Shown here: piece after piece, positions 1-14,115 of the stretch | Layout of the letters: each line of letters begins with the position of its first letter | How positions within the stretch are numbered: the stretch's first letter is position 1 | Origin: Octopus bimaculoides | Lineage: Eukaryota | DNA length: 45,987 bases | NCBI RefSeq assembly: GCF_001194135.2 | Contig: NC_068994.1 | Span: 21,872,917-21,918,903, forward strand | Direction: 5' to 3' | Notes under the pieces: generated by a model | What the model was told of the DNA's origin: nothing | The model's input: the letters and a program-made list of their open reading frames with translations, nothing else | Databases searched by the model: none | Program-made: the position numbers and the translations under genes

Positions 1-21
1 TATATTATATATATATATATA

Positions 22-75
<54 letters not shown>

Positions 76-3000
76 TAATATTCATGTGCACATATGCATA
101 TACATGCATTTACATGCAGAAATACACACATACAGTGAATTTAGTTGTGTGATTTACCATAATGCACCAAAGTGATATAGCAAAATGACCAAGTGACACA
201 GTATCAGTATAAAAAATAGCTGTCATTGTTTCATACCCAATTGTGTAGCAACTAATGAATTCATCTGCTTCAGGTCAGATGTGCTGAAACCATGTAGTCA
301 TATTCCTTGAGGAAGACCTTTGGAGAGCTTCTGACTGCTTGATTTTATGATCACAGTTTGTGAAGCACATGTATGCTATGGGAGTCAGACAAACATGCAG
401 GACATCAAATACTGACACTACACAGGTGGATCATTGCAGAAACAATGAAAGAGAAGCAGAAGAACGAGTATATGACATGGAGTGCATGGGGGATGGAGGC
501 TATTAGCCTCCATCCTCCATGCACTCCATGTCTTAACTATTGTTCAATCAGGTGAGAAAATGTACCATTGATCTGCGAAATGAATATTATACTTAAGAAT
601 AATGTTTACAAACTATATTGCTAATGCAGAAATACATACACTAGATCAACAAAACAAGAGCTACACATAAGAATATTAGAACAGTTCTATAAAGTAACAT
701 CACCTAGCACAGCATCTCAGCAGAGATTAACAGGCTGATGAAATAACAAAAACATTAAAAAAAACAATGATGCTATAAGCCTCAAAATTATGGAAATATA
801 TACTTTCCTAACAAGCAGAATCATACCCTAACTACAGAGGGGAAACAGACAAAAGGTAGTGTGTATTTGCTGTTTCTGTGCAGTAAAGGTTCAAACACAT
901 TTCTGCTTCTCAATATACCTAGTTTCCTAAGTTTACTAAGTTTATTAACGCAACTACAAATTAGTTGATTTAATGAAAGAGTTATGAATGCAAGAACCTA
1001 AAGTTAAGTAATTAAAAACTTTATTTGTTATTCTGATATTATGTCATTTTGTCACTTACCAGTAAATCACACATATCTGTACAGACATTATATGTGTATG
1101 TGTGTGTATATCTATATCTATATCTATATCTATATATATATCTATANNNNNNNNNNNNNNNNNNNNNNNNNNNNNNNNNNNNNNNNNNNNNNNNNNNNNN
1201 NNNNNNNNNNNNNNNNNNNNNNNNNNNNNNNNNNNNNNNNNNNNNNNNNNNNNNNNNNNNNNNNNNNNNNNNNNNNNNNNNNNNNNNNNNNNNNNNNNNN
1301 NNNNNNNNNTATATGTTATAATATAATGCATATACATATATTTATGCATATACTTGTATACATAAATACATATAGACACACTTGCATGCATACATATATA
1401 CATGCATAAAATTATAAATAATTTTAAACAAATCTGTGTGGACACAAATTTGGTGTCCAAAAATAACAATAAACCCACTAATGAGACTCAAACCTTGTAT
1501 CTACTTTTATTGTTGTTTAACTGCTGCAATACTGATAGCTTCAGACACAATTTATGCTTCAGTCACTCCTAGATTAGGTCTAAACATGTATTTGATGTAA
1601 AAGAAATAATAAACTCAATTAATCAGTTAGCTTTTTCCAGAAAAGTTTAATGAGTTGATTTCTATGATTAGTGAAAGTTTAAATTTTATGGAATTTGTTT
1701 GTCTTTGAAGAGAGGGAGAACAAAGGTGATCATGAACAAAAGGGTATCTATACACTACTACAGATACATACATAGGTATGGTGGGAGAGACTATGAAAAC
1801 TATAAGGAAATGAGATACTACAGTCTGTAAGGATTGGTTAGAATTATAAAGACAAAAATGCCGAGAAGGGAGAGAAAAAAGTATAGTTTTTTTTCATGAT
1901 GAGGTGATATAGGTGGAAATTATTGATGTAAAAAGAATGTAAAAAGTCCAAGCTGCTCTCTAGTGAGCAAAGTGGTACTGATACAGTCATCAATGTAATG
2001 ACTGTATAAATCAGGTGTTACCCCTGTAAAGTGGATAAAAATTCAGCCTTCAACATGTCTGCCAAGAAACAAGATGGTGTAACTGTAGTCCATTTTGGTG
2101 CCTATGGATACTTTGCTTCTCTGTTTGAAGAAAATTGAAGACAAGTTTAGTGAGATGAAGAAGAGTAAAAGTACTGAGTATTGTGCAGCAATTGGAAAAG
2201 AATTTGAGGGTCAAGAGGCCATCTTCAAAGGAGATAGCTGTACCCAAGAATTTCAAATTGATGGTAAAGAGAAGTTTAGATTTTCAAGAAAAGAAGAAAA
2301 CAGAAATGAAGAAGTGGAGTCATCTTGAGAGACTATCTTGATTTGGTGCTTTGATAAATCTAAACCTTAAGATTATTAATTATTTATTAGAATTCAATAG
2401 TTAAGATTTTAATGTAAAAAAAGAACCCTTAGTAAATAAAAGACACATGATTGGAATCCTGTCAGTGGGTTTCTTGTTCTTTTTTTAATCTCAAAATTAT
2501 TGTTTCAAACATATATTTAAACTGACTTCATATTTGATAATGTTTTATTATTTACACTTAAACCTATGAAAACAGACATGCATACACACATAAACATGTA
2601 TAGAATCTATTACTTTATAATCATAGCAATATCTCATATATGTTCATTTTTTGCTTTCATTTAATTGTTATTTATAAAACTTTGTCAACAGTAATTAATA
2701 TCAACAGTTTTAATTTTTTTAAAAATTTTGTTTAGAGAAATTTCTTCAACTGCAAAGGAGAATCTAACAATAAACATATATCACTGATCACCTTCTGTGG
2801 AGCCTGAACATCATATGACCTCTACAAATACATATCATTTCACTTTGCATGCACTTAGACACACATTGAGTTACTTACACAGACACTATTATGCAAATAT
2901 GCATATCCATAAACTCTCATGTGACTTAACACATAAACAAAATACAAAGACAAACATTCACAAATGTATTATGCTGGCACAAATGTATTCCATACAGTCA

Positions 3001-3122
3001 TACAAACACACTCCATTGAAAGTACAACACTAAAAAAACACGAATAGAAAAAAATATATAAATTCCGTAAGATTCGTGCAAAGATGTGTAGTTGAATAGT
3101 ATATATAATATTTTTTCTATAG

Positions 3123-3343
3123 ATCTCAACTCTAGTGTGCCAAGATACAGATTACTTGCATGGTTTCAATTCTATGGCTTCATTAAAAGTTGGCATTGGG
3201 TTTAGTGTAACAGAAAAGTTAAAACAGCAGGAATTTATTAAAATCATTGTGAGGTGAGCAGTTGGAATTTATTGTAATTTAGTTTAACTTTTTTTTCAGG
3301 AGATTCAAGAGAATTATCATTGTTTTAAGGATGAGGCAGCAAG
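3123..3343 (+). other. Candidate pair of coding exons (3123-3248/3253 and 3300-3343), product unrecognised
   Basis: Acceptor ttttttctatag| leads into the single open frame ISTLVCQDTDYLHGFNSMASLKVGIGFSVTEKLKQQEFIKII, with donors gtgagg/gtgagc. The second acceptor is tttaacttttttttcag|, open as EIQENYHCFKDEAA, donor AAG|gttgga. The implied intron is only 46-51 nt. Confidence 0.3.
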
Positions 3344-3946
3344 GTTGGAATTAACACTTTTTTGTTTGTTTGCAATTACCATGCTGTACAATATATATAT
3401 ATATTTAAAATGCAGCACAGAGTTTAAAATAACTCTTAAAAATACCAAGATAATGCCCTTACCTACTAAGAAAAAGTAGAAACAGAAAATGGATGACTTT
3501 TTTCAATAACTTTGGGCAACAAGGTTTAATTTAACATTAACAACAAACTTTTTTTTTCACAATTCACCATGTTGGGCTACATATTTTAAAATTTAGTGGA
3601 GAGGGCTTTAAAAAACCTCTCAAAAAGTCCCAATATTGCCAAAAGAAAAAAAATCTGTAAATAGAAAAATCTTAAATTTTTTTTAAGAGAGAAAAATAAG
3701 AAAAAAAAATATATAAGGTGTATTTTTAAAGCAGCAAAGGTTATTTGGAATAAAGTCATTAAAATGTTTATAAAGACATGTATTACAGGTGATCATTTTT
3801 TAAATCTATTTATCTGTGAGATTAAAACTTTGTTCTTCCACACACACTACACATACAAGTCTATATATTTATGTATTTAAGTATGTATGCATATGCATAT
3901 ATATGAGTATATATACATACATATATACATACACACATACATACAC

Positions 3947-4002
<56 letters not shown>

Positions 4003-4468
4003 ATGTATGTATGTATGTATGCATGTATGTATGTGTGTGTGTGTGTGCGTGCATGCGTGTGTGTGTGTGTGTGTGTGTGTGTCTACAGTGTTACTGTATG
4101 GATAATTTTAATTAGGAAAAAGAACTCAATTCATAGAAGAGATAGAAGTGGTTTTTATACAGTACTCAAGATATAGAAACAACTTCTTAAATTTGTAACC
4201 TTTGGCTACATTATCAAATCTTCAGACTAAGAACCAAATTGTTTACATTTATATTTTTATAGCCAAAATACTTATATATAAGTATATAAGTATATATGTA
4301 TACACAACAACCGCTAATGCACACTGATAAAATTATATAATATATACCTTTCATTTTAAAATTTGCTAAGTTACATATACAGACATAAACCTAAATGAAA
4401 ATCTATATAAGGGATATAGGTATATACTCTCTCTCTCTCACACACACACAAACACACACAAACAGACA

Positions 4469-4522
<54 letters not shown>

Positions 4523-4554
4523 TGTATGTAATACATACCACAACTACTAAAATG

Positions 4555-4707
4555 GATTGTTGTTCAAACAAGCAAATTGGAAATAAAAAACGAGCTACTT
4601 TTTGACAAGTCAGGTCTGATGAGACACATCTGCACCTATGATGCACCACAATTGTTTGCACAGCATCTTACCTGTGAGGTACCAATGCATGATGGGTCGA
4701 AACAATC
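4555..4707 (+). ncRNA. Hammerhead-ribozyme-like fold (type III topology, stem I degenerate), possibly a Penelope-like element remnant
   Basis: Core CTGATGA at 4616-4622 and GAAA at 4699-4702. Stem II is gacacatc-tgca (4623-4634) paired with tgca-t-gatgggtc (4686-4698). Stem III is gattgt (4555-4560) paired with acaatc (4702-4707), with H17 = T at 4561. Stem I pairs poorly. Confidence 0.4.
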
Positions 4708-5859
4708 ATAGTGAAAAAGAGTCTGGTGAATTTCATTTTCTTTCTCTCATATTTTTATGTATGTATGTATGTATGCATGTATGTACGTATGTACACATGT
4801 ATGTATGTATGTATCTATGTATGTATGAATGTAATGTATGTATGTTCATATATACATACATGCACACATACTTACACACTTTCTAATTTGAACCCCCTAC
4901 AACAATACTGTAAATGTTAGCTTGTCAACAGGGACATGTTAACACTAATATATATTAACACACTTGTGAATATATTTAGTTTCTCTTATATACATAACCA
5001 GGCAAGTTGTCTCACCTGACTATGACTTTCAGCTGTTTTAACACCTGGCGCTTTGAGAGAGTCATTGCCACTGCTTCAAATCGCAAACTACTGGTGAACA
5101 AGCAAAGCACATACATTGAGTATGTGTGTTTGATAATGTTTACAACACTGGCACTGCTTCTAATTCATATTTGAATATAACCATGAATTGTTTTAATCTG
5201 CCACTGAATTGAGAGACAAAAATATTGAGATTGATGTCAAACTGCAGTAGCATTGTGTGTATTCATGGTTTTGTGAATGTGTGTATGTGTACATGTAAAT
5301 GCATGCACCCCACTACCATGAACCATTCAATAAAACAATCCAGTCAGTAAAATCAAACTTGTGCTACACTAAAAACAAGCTAAGATCATATCAAAGTTCA
5401 TATTAAATCACATTGTAGTCACAATAAAGTTTCATAGAAATTTAAGTTGTCAGTATTTTCAGTACAAAAATCACAATTAAATTATGCTAAATTCCCTTTC
5501 AGAGCACCTTAATTGCTTCAACGGACATGCTAATTGTGAATATAATAGCGAGTTTATAAAGATAAATGAATATAAATTCTCAAATTTGGCAAAATGTTAT
5601 AATAAAGAAAGGGAAAATGTTTGAATGAGAGAGAGACAGAAAGAGAGAGGGAAGTGTCAAAAGAAGAATGTGTACGTATGTATTTTCAGGTGCCTATATT
5701 GAAGAGTGAACTTCAGATATGATGAAACTCCTATGTGCATGTGTGAAATAATATCACCACTATTATTGAGAATGTACACAAAATTGTCTTCTGATGGGGA
5801 AAAGGCAATCAATCACTTACTCCCTTTGGTATATAAATATATAATGTACATTCACAAAT

Positions 5860-5892
<33 letters not shown>

Positions 5893-5938
5893 TATATCTT
5901 ATAAACATGTATGTGTGTATGTATTTATGTATGTATGC

Positions 5939-5984
<46 letters not shown>

Positions 5985-6160
5985 TTTTTCCTCCTTCCCC
6001 CTCCCAAAAAGAAAAGCTCTACGTTGTATTTGTCCCCTCTGTGTAAAGCCCTGTGTGGCTAATAAAAGAAATGTATCTGTCTATCTATTTTTCTGTCTGT
6101 CTGTGTCTCTGTCTCTCTCTCTTCCTCTCTCTCTCTCTCTCTCTCTCNNNNNNNNNNNNN

Positions 6161-6194
<34 letters not shown>

Positions 6195-6548
6195 GTTTAC
6201 TTTTGTACATATTTAGTAAAAATGCGTATGGCTAATATATTAGCCAATGAAATTCCAACATAACTGAATTTTCACATTTTCTTCTTTATTTTCACAAGTG
6301 CTTTCATGTTTTATGACAAACTTCAGGTAGATATTGACATAGTGAGGATAAATACACATAGGTGATGTTACTACTGTAATTATTGTTGCCATATCAATAT
6401 TTACCTGAAGTTTGTTGTAAAACATGAAAGTACTGGTGAAAATATAAATAAAAAATAAAATGTGAATATCTGGCCATGCTGGAATTTGATTGACTAACAT
6501 TCATACATACATAATGTGTGTGTGTGTGTGTGTACCTTATATATATAA

Positions 6549-6830
6549 AGGTGCTGGGCCTAGTGGCTAAGTGTTGCACTCATGATTGTGAGATCAAGTT
6601 TTGAGTTCCAGACTGGCTGTGCATTGTGATCTTAAGTAAAACACTTCACTTTATATTTGCTCCAAACCATTCAGCCGTAAATGAGTTACCCTGCGGCAGA
6701 CTGGCATTCTGCTCAGTTGGAATGTTGGCTTGCCTTCCTAGCCAGTGAGGTGGCATCATTGGAAAACTAAAACAATGTGAGATGCATTGTGACCAGTGGT
6801 GTATAACAGCATCGAATAGTCTGTTCAATA
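6549..6830 (+). mobile_element. Decayed tRNA-derived SINE
   Basis: A-box-like ggcctagtggctaag and B-box-like gagttccaga head, followed by a gtgatcttaagtaaaacactt core typical of tRNA-SINE bodies. Confidence 0.55.
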
Positions 6831-7298
6831 CTGTGATATAGTGATATTAATATTAGAATATCATTTTTCTTCTTAATGTTCTTTTTATATCTGTTCATGT
6901 ATTGGAGATATTTTCTTGGTTCACTTTGAATTTAACTAATTTTGAATTACCTTGATAACATTGTGCGAGCATATATTTTTGAATATGTTAATTTGACTGG
7001 TATTTTGCACCTTTTTCTCTGCATCTAAATATGCTGTCACAATAGAAATGATTGTTGGTAATGTATGGCTTCATCATCAATTAAAGATGTGATTTTCTCC
7101 ATTCTTACTCTTGTTGTCTTATGCTTTGAATTTCTTCTAAGCAATATTTGGATTTACTTGCTATACATGAAGAATTATCTTGGATGTTAATTATACTTGC
7201 ATTTATTGGTATCTGATTGTTTGATATACTTAACCAAATTTATTTAACACTGAGTACTTTATAGATATCTGCCTGGATTTATTAATCCCTTTACATCT

Positions 7299-7330
<32 letters not shown>

Positions 7331-8316
7331 TTCCACAAATGGAAACAATTAATCTTATATTTGTTTAAGTATAATATATTCAAAGTGAATGACTGTATAA
7401 ATGGACATAGTTATCAGCAGAGAGTCCTAGTAGTAGATCAAGTAAATTCGTAAGGAATAGAATTTAAAGATGTGCAGAGTTTAAAGTAAAAAGCAAAAAA
7501 AGCCATGGTGCAGTGGCTCAGCTTACTATTAGGAGATATTTCTGTTAAACGTATATGGAATATTGATACGGCTTGGTATTATAAATGAAAAAAGACATTC
7601 ATGAAGAGCTGTGAAAGAAACTGAGAGATTACCAATAGCTTGCATAAAGTATAGACAAAACAACATAAAGGTACACAAGAGAAAAATGTGCTAGTAGTGA
7701 GAAAGTGTTTAGGTGGAGACATAATAGAGATTGAAAGAAAAATTAGCAAAACTATTTAGTGACTGTGAGAGGCTATAAGCAGATGCTGAAAAAGACGATC
7801 ATCTAAAAGAGAATGGTTATAGACTAGTAGGGAATAAATTTCTAGAATATCTAAATATTTATTCTCCTGTTCTTTGTTGAGCCAATTTTTGCAGTATGCA
7901 ACACAGTGATAGGTACAGCTACAAGGAAATTCAAAGTACCTATGTTAGCATTGAAGTTGTGTTCATGCAAATATGACTGTTATTGATCAATGAGAATTGA
8001 TACAACTACTCTTCAACAGTAGTCTACATTAATCTTTATCTTGCCTGAGTGACTGCATGTCAGTAACATCTCCAAGTAGTAGCAGAGGAATTCATCAGCT
8101 GTTTCCAAATAAATGAATTCTGCAACACCTATTGGATATGTTATTTTCTTTTCGTCCTTTGTAATGCAAAACATATTCAGTCATCATATGTATGCATACA
8201 TGCATGCACGCATATGTGCATGCATGTATTTATCTTTGTATGTCTGCTATATATGAATGTTGTGTATGTCTGTAATGTATGTATGCATGTATGCATCCAT
8301 GTATATTATATATGTA

Positions 8317-8366
<50 letters not shown>

Positions 8367-9086
8367 NNNNNNNNNNNNNNNNNNNNNNNNNNNNNNNNNN
8401 NNNNNNNNNNNNNNNNNNNNNNNNNNNNNNNNNNNNNNNNNNNNNNNNNNNNNNNNNNNNNNNNNNNNNNNNNNNNNNNNNNNNNNNNNNNNNNNNNNNN
8501 NNNNNNNNNNNNNNNNNNNNNNNNNNNNNNNNNNNNNNNNNNNNNNNNNNNNNNNNNNNNNNNNNNNNNNNNNNNATATATATATATATATATATAAATA
8601 TAATCAGGAAGAGAAAATAGAGAGAGAAAGAAATAGATGCAAAGAAAGAGAAGAAGAGTACAATAACTGATAATTGATTGGCATGTATTGTTAAAATATA
8701 CATGTCATAATTATGGTTATTTTTAATTGTTCAGAAATTTAATTTTTTATAGTTTGGTATTCAAGATTCCTTATTGTACTCCTGTGACTTGTCACTGTTG
8801 CACACATCCATACACACGCATACACAGACACAGACACAGACACACACACACACATGCATTTATGCATTATACTTCAAAGTAAGCCTTCTTTGCAATTGGT
8901 TGTTGATGCTATATTTCAGAATATATCACTTTAGGTGTATGTGTGCGTGCATGCATGTCTGTGTGAGTGTGTGTATTTGTGTGTTTGCGTGTGTATATAT
9001 ATATATATATATAATATGTACATATAAATGTATGCATATATATCTATCTATCTATCTATCTATCTATATATATATATATATATGCC

Positions 9087-9190
9087 AAATCAGATTGGAG
9101 CCTGGTGTAGCCATCTGGTTTCACCAGTCCTCAGTCAAATCGTCCAACCCATGCTAGCATGGAAAGTGGACGTTAAACGATGACGACGAT
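9087..9190 (+). mobile_element. RTE-like LINE/SINE 3' end with (GAT/GAC)n tail
   Basis: gattggagcctggtgtagcc...cccatgctagcatggaaagtggacgttaaacgatgacgacgat; a near-identical reverse copy lies at about 27003-27110. Confidence 0.7.
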
Positions 9191-9927
9191 ATATATATAT
9201 ATATATATATGAGTTACCTCATGTTACTAGTGTTTTTAAAATCACTCAGTGGCACACAAGATAGTTGCATTTATTTTCATCAGGCTTGGCTGATTTGTAT
9301 ATTCGAAACAACTAGTTTGAAATTACTAGTAACATGACTTTTCCATAGTTGTAGACAATTTATCAATTAATGTATATCCCTTATTTTACCATATGGCACT
9401 TACTTGATCACTACATGTTTGTACTATAATAAACTCTACCAAACTGGCAGTGGCTGCTTTTATCTCTTATATAAGTATATCACACGCATGCATGCATGCG
9501 TGCACAGACACACACACTGACACATTCATACATCACCACATGTATATACATAAGTGTTGATGATACTGACTACTAACAATCCGTATCAAAGTTAAGATCA
9601 ATGTTTAGTGTTTATATGATAGAGTGTGTTTGATTTGGCAAAAAATATATGGAGTTATATATACCAAACATTTGGCACTTGACTTCCTCTTCCAACTTTA
9701 AACAGAATGAACTAGTTAAAAGTTCATCAATATCTTTTGTTATTTTGGAATCAACTGTGTCTTGGATGTTGCGTTTTTATTGGGAACAACTGTTATTCTT
9801 ATTACTGTAGATGTTACTATTTTTGTTGTTTTATTAGTTACTTTCTTCTTTTAGGCTTTTAGCAATTTTGACGTTTGTGTGTGTATGTGTGTGTTGCTTC
9901 AGAGGAAAGTGTATTATATGAATTAAA

Positions 9928-9971
<44 letters not shown>

Positions 9972-10905
9972 TTGTGTATGCATCTATGTATGTAATATAT
10001 ATATAATATAAAATATAAAGTTAGTTACTTCATATTGTTGCAAACCTTTGAGCAGACATTGATGTACAAATATTCAAGATGAGAGCCAGCTGGTTCAGTC
10101 ATACCAGTCTGCAAGAATTGTGAGTACTCTCTCTCTCTTCCTCCGACTAGCTATATTATATATATAGGTATATCAATGTCATCTTTTTATGTCTGCTTTC
10201 TCCATGTCGGCATTGGTTGAATGAGAATTTTTGAGGCAGTATTCTATTGCTATATATCCTTCCTGTTTTCTAACCTTACTCTAACCTTATTTGCTTCAAA
10301 ATAAGGCAATAAGATACTCATTTCATTGGTCTTTCAAATAACAAAAGTCTCAACAAGCCAGATATATTTTGCAACAGATGTAAGCAATGACACTTACATA
10401 TCTGGTGATATCAGTGACATTGTTTTTATGCAGCATATCAAAACATAGATGGGAACACACCAACAGACATCCACACGCACAATGAACTTCCATATAATTT
10501 CCATCTGCCAATTTCATTCAAGATTCATCGGTCAGGTGAAGGTTTTATAACAAAAGACATTTCTCCATGGTGCCATGTATTGGCAATGAAACTGAAACCA
10601 CATGGCTATGAAACGAACTTCTGAGCTATCCAGCCATGCTTTCAAGAATACCCAGGCTTGCATTTTATACTTCATTCATTATTTTAACATCCACTTTTCT
10701 TATCAGAATTTATTGAGGCAGAATTTATTGAGTCAAATTTACTATGGCGAGACAGATATTCTTCCTGTCACCATCCATCATCTGTTGTCAAGCAAGGTAA
10801 TATTTTCCCATGACTCAACCTCTTTTCCCAGAAGATTGGATACAAACTACAGTACCTGTAGGAAAATGATATTCATTTACAGATATGTGATGTCATGACA
10901 GCAAG

Positions 10906-10947
<42 letters not shown>

Positions 10948-11070
10948 GCACACACACACACACTCATCCCTGACTATTCCCCCCACCCATATATATATAT
11001 ATATATATACATGCATACACATATACACACACATTTTATATATATNNNNNNNNNNNNNNNNNNNNNNNNN

Positions 11071-11949
11071 TTTTGCGCCATTATTATATTTTAACAGTCT
11101 TTATTTTTTATTATTTCTTTATTCTAACTCATTCTGCACTTTATAAAGTATTTATAAACCGTTTTTTGCTATTTTTGTTTAGAGATGGTTAAGTCGGAAA
11201 TTCATACAGTTTTGAAATGTGAGTTCTTTCTTGGAAATACAGCATCACAGACAACTCAGAATATTAATGACAGTATCAAATTAGTTTGCAAAATTTCGTT
11301 CTGGTAACTTTGACCTCACAAATGAGCAATGCAGTTGACCAGAAACAAAATGGTTGGACAAAGACAAGCCACCAAAACAGTCTAAAAAATAAAATTCATC
11401 AAAAGCTGATGGTGTGTGTCTGGTGGTCTGGCGCAGGTATGATCCATTATTATTTCATTAAACCTGGCTCGTCAATCAAGGCCAAAGTATACTGCAGCCA
11501 ACTGGACCAAATGATGCAGAAACTTACAAAAAAGCAGCCTAGATTAGTCAACAGATCCATTCCTATTTTTCTGCAAGACAGCGCTAGACCACACATCGCA
11601 AAAATGACATTGGCGAAACTACAGGAGTTGGAGTTGGAATATCTCCATCATCCACCATACTCACTTATTCTTGCCCCCACTGACTACCACTTCTTCCAGA
11701 ATTTGGATAACATTTTTAATAGGAAAAAATTTTAATTCCGACGATGCCGTAAAACAGGCCTTCCATGATTTTATTGACTCTAGATTGCCGGGCTTTTACA
11801 GTTCTGGGTTGGACAAGCTACCACTGAAATGGCAAAAGTGTATTGACAATATGGGTGCATACTTTGATGAATAAAACTATTCCTTGTATCTATAAAACAT
11901 TAGCAAACTTATTTTCTTTGCTACAAATTTCACACTTGACGACCTAATA
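11071..11949 (+). mobile_element. Mariner (DD34D, cecropia/Hsmar1-like) transposon remnant, internally deleted and frameshifted
   Basis: Transposase motifs KLMVCVWW, FLQDSARPH, HPPYSLILAPTDYHFF and KLPLKWQKCIDNMGAYFDE* in ORFs 11286-11735 and 11671-11874. HTH start at ATG 11185. The right end is TIR-like (...gacgacctaa-TA) and abuts a TA/(TACA)n repeat; the left end is lost in the N-gap. Confidence 0.9.
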
Positions 11950-11986
11950 TACATACATACATACATACATACATACATACATACAT

Positions 11987-12031
<45 letters not shown>

Positions 12032-12600
12032 CACACACACACACATGCATATATATACACGTACACACACATATACCAATGTCTGCCAATATTGTATTCT
12101 TTTTAATCAAACACATATTCGCATTATGTGTGTTTTAACAGCAGATTTTAATCCATACTCAAATTTCTGCACATTGTGAGGAAAAAGTAGAATGAAAAGC
12201 TGACTGAAATTATTGTAGGTGTATCAGTCAGAGAGAGCCATCAGCCAGCATGCATGATAGTCTTACTTTTAAGTTATTTAATAAAGATTTTTTAGTATTC
12301 CTATCAGTCCCATCTACAGTCATTTTAACTTGATCACCAGCTATAATAGTATATGATTTTTGAGTTTCCTTCTTTTGGAATGATAAAAGCAACCTCTACA
12401 AAAGACATATGTGAAATTCTGTTAATGGATTAAAATCCATAACAGTTGTCAGGCATGCATCAATTTAGATGTAGCTGCATATGTAATACATGTCTACATA
12501 CATACATACATACATGTGAAAGTGAATGTATTTTTGTCATTGATGTGTAGTATGTTGATCTTGAATAGAATCTTATGAAATATATAGATACATGTACATT

Positions 12601-12601
<1 letters not shown>

Positions 12602-12682
<81 letters not shown>
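12602..12682. repeat. Long (TG)n microsatellite, representative of dozens of (TA)n, (CA)n, (TATG)n, (TATC)n, (AG)n, (TAA)n and (TGA)n arrays in the window
   Basis: Directly visible; other examples include 1-80, 3880-4082, 16307-16370, 22984-23043, 24345-24497, 29630-29805, 35800-35872 and 37205-37516. Confidence 0.95.
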
Positions 12683-12683
<1 letters not shown>

Positions 12684-12807
12684 ATGTGTGTTAGCGTGTA
12701 TGTATGAATGTATGTAAGTATGCATGTAGATATATACACATACATATACACACATTACATACGTATATGTGTATGTATGCATATATATGTATATAAATAA
12801 ATGTGTA

Positions 12808-12848
<41 letters not shown>

Positions 12849-13309
12849 ATGTATGTATGTATGTATGCATATATATATTAAAACATACATATATGTATAT
12901 ACAGATGAATAAATAAATAAAATAAATAAACGTGTGTGTGTGTGTATGCTTATGTTTATATGCTGTAAATCATCTATACAAAAGACGCACATGAATTCAT
13001 ACCATTTAGCATCAGATTTAAAAGCTGAATTAAGTAATTGATTTTGAGTTAAATATAGAATAAAATCTAGAAGGAAGTTTACAATTGTTAAAATTTGCCA
13101 AGTTATTCTATGTTTATTGAGGATATACTCTTTTGCTGGCTTCAGTCATTGGATTGTGGCCATATTGAAGAACCACCTTCAAAGTCAGTTGCATTGACCA
13201 TATATACTTCAGTTTGGTAGTTATCTTATAATCACTGTTCAAGGGACACAACTCGACATTTACAACAATTTACATATTGAAATTGTACATGCACATGCAC
13301 ACGCACGCA

Positions 13310-13380
<71 letters not shown>

Positions 13381-13575
13381 GAATATATGTATACTTTTTT
13401 TTATATGTGACTATATGTATGCTGAACTCCCTGTTTGAAAATATAAGGACACAGATATTGTGTCATATAGACAGCTAGAAATGATGTTTCTTGTGGCTAA
13501 ACAACAGTAACATTGTCCCTTCCATGAGAGCCACATTATGTTGGCAAATAGCCTTTACTATGAACATACATACAC

Positions 13576-13663
<88 letters not shown>

Positions 13664-13731
13664 TTGTTTAGTGTTGACTGTTGGAAGAAAGAGTACACCA
13701 TACTATAGTAGAGATTAAATCTATTTCTATG

Positions 13732-13867
13732 TTGGCCAAACCAGTCTCTTACTTCTCTGGAGTTCTGTTTGTGTGTTTACATGGCCATGAAATAAGTCAT
13801 AACTTTCACGGTCACCTTGTGAAAACACAGGCAAAACTCCAGAGTTGCAAGGGACTGACTTGACCAA
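13732..13867. mobile_element. Fold-back (MITE-like) element
   Basis: 50-bp arms at 13732-13781 and 13818-13867 are imperfect reverse complements (roughly three-quarters identical by eye) around a 36-nt loop. Confidence 0.6.
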
Positions 13868-13892
13868 AATATAAGTAGTAATAATAATAATA

Positions 13893-14080
13893 ATGGTTTC
13901 AAATTTTAGTACAAGGCCAGCAATTTCTGGGGAGTGGGTAAATGGTTTACATTGGCTTAATTTATAGACCCTGAAAGTATGAAAGACAAAGTTGACGTTG
14001 GCAGAATTTGAACTCAAAACGCAAAGATGGACAAAATGCTAATAAGCATTTTGCCCAATGTGCTGATGATTTTGCCTTAA

Positions 14081-14115
<35 letters not shown>

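Noticed and set aside
2095-2328. 77-aa Lys/Glu-rich ORF
   Set aside because: Purine-biased sequence with no recognisable motif; at best a decayed LINE remnant.
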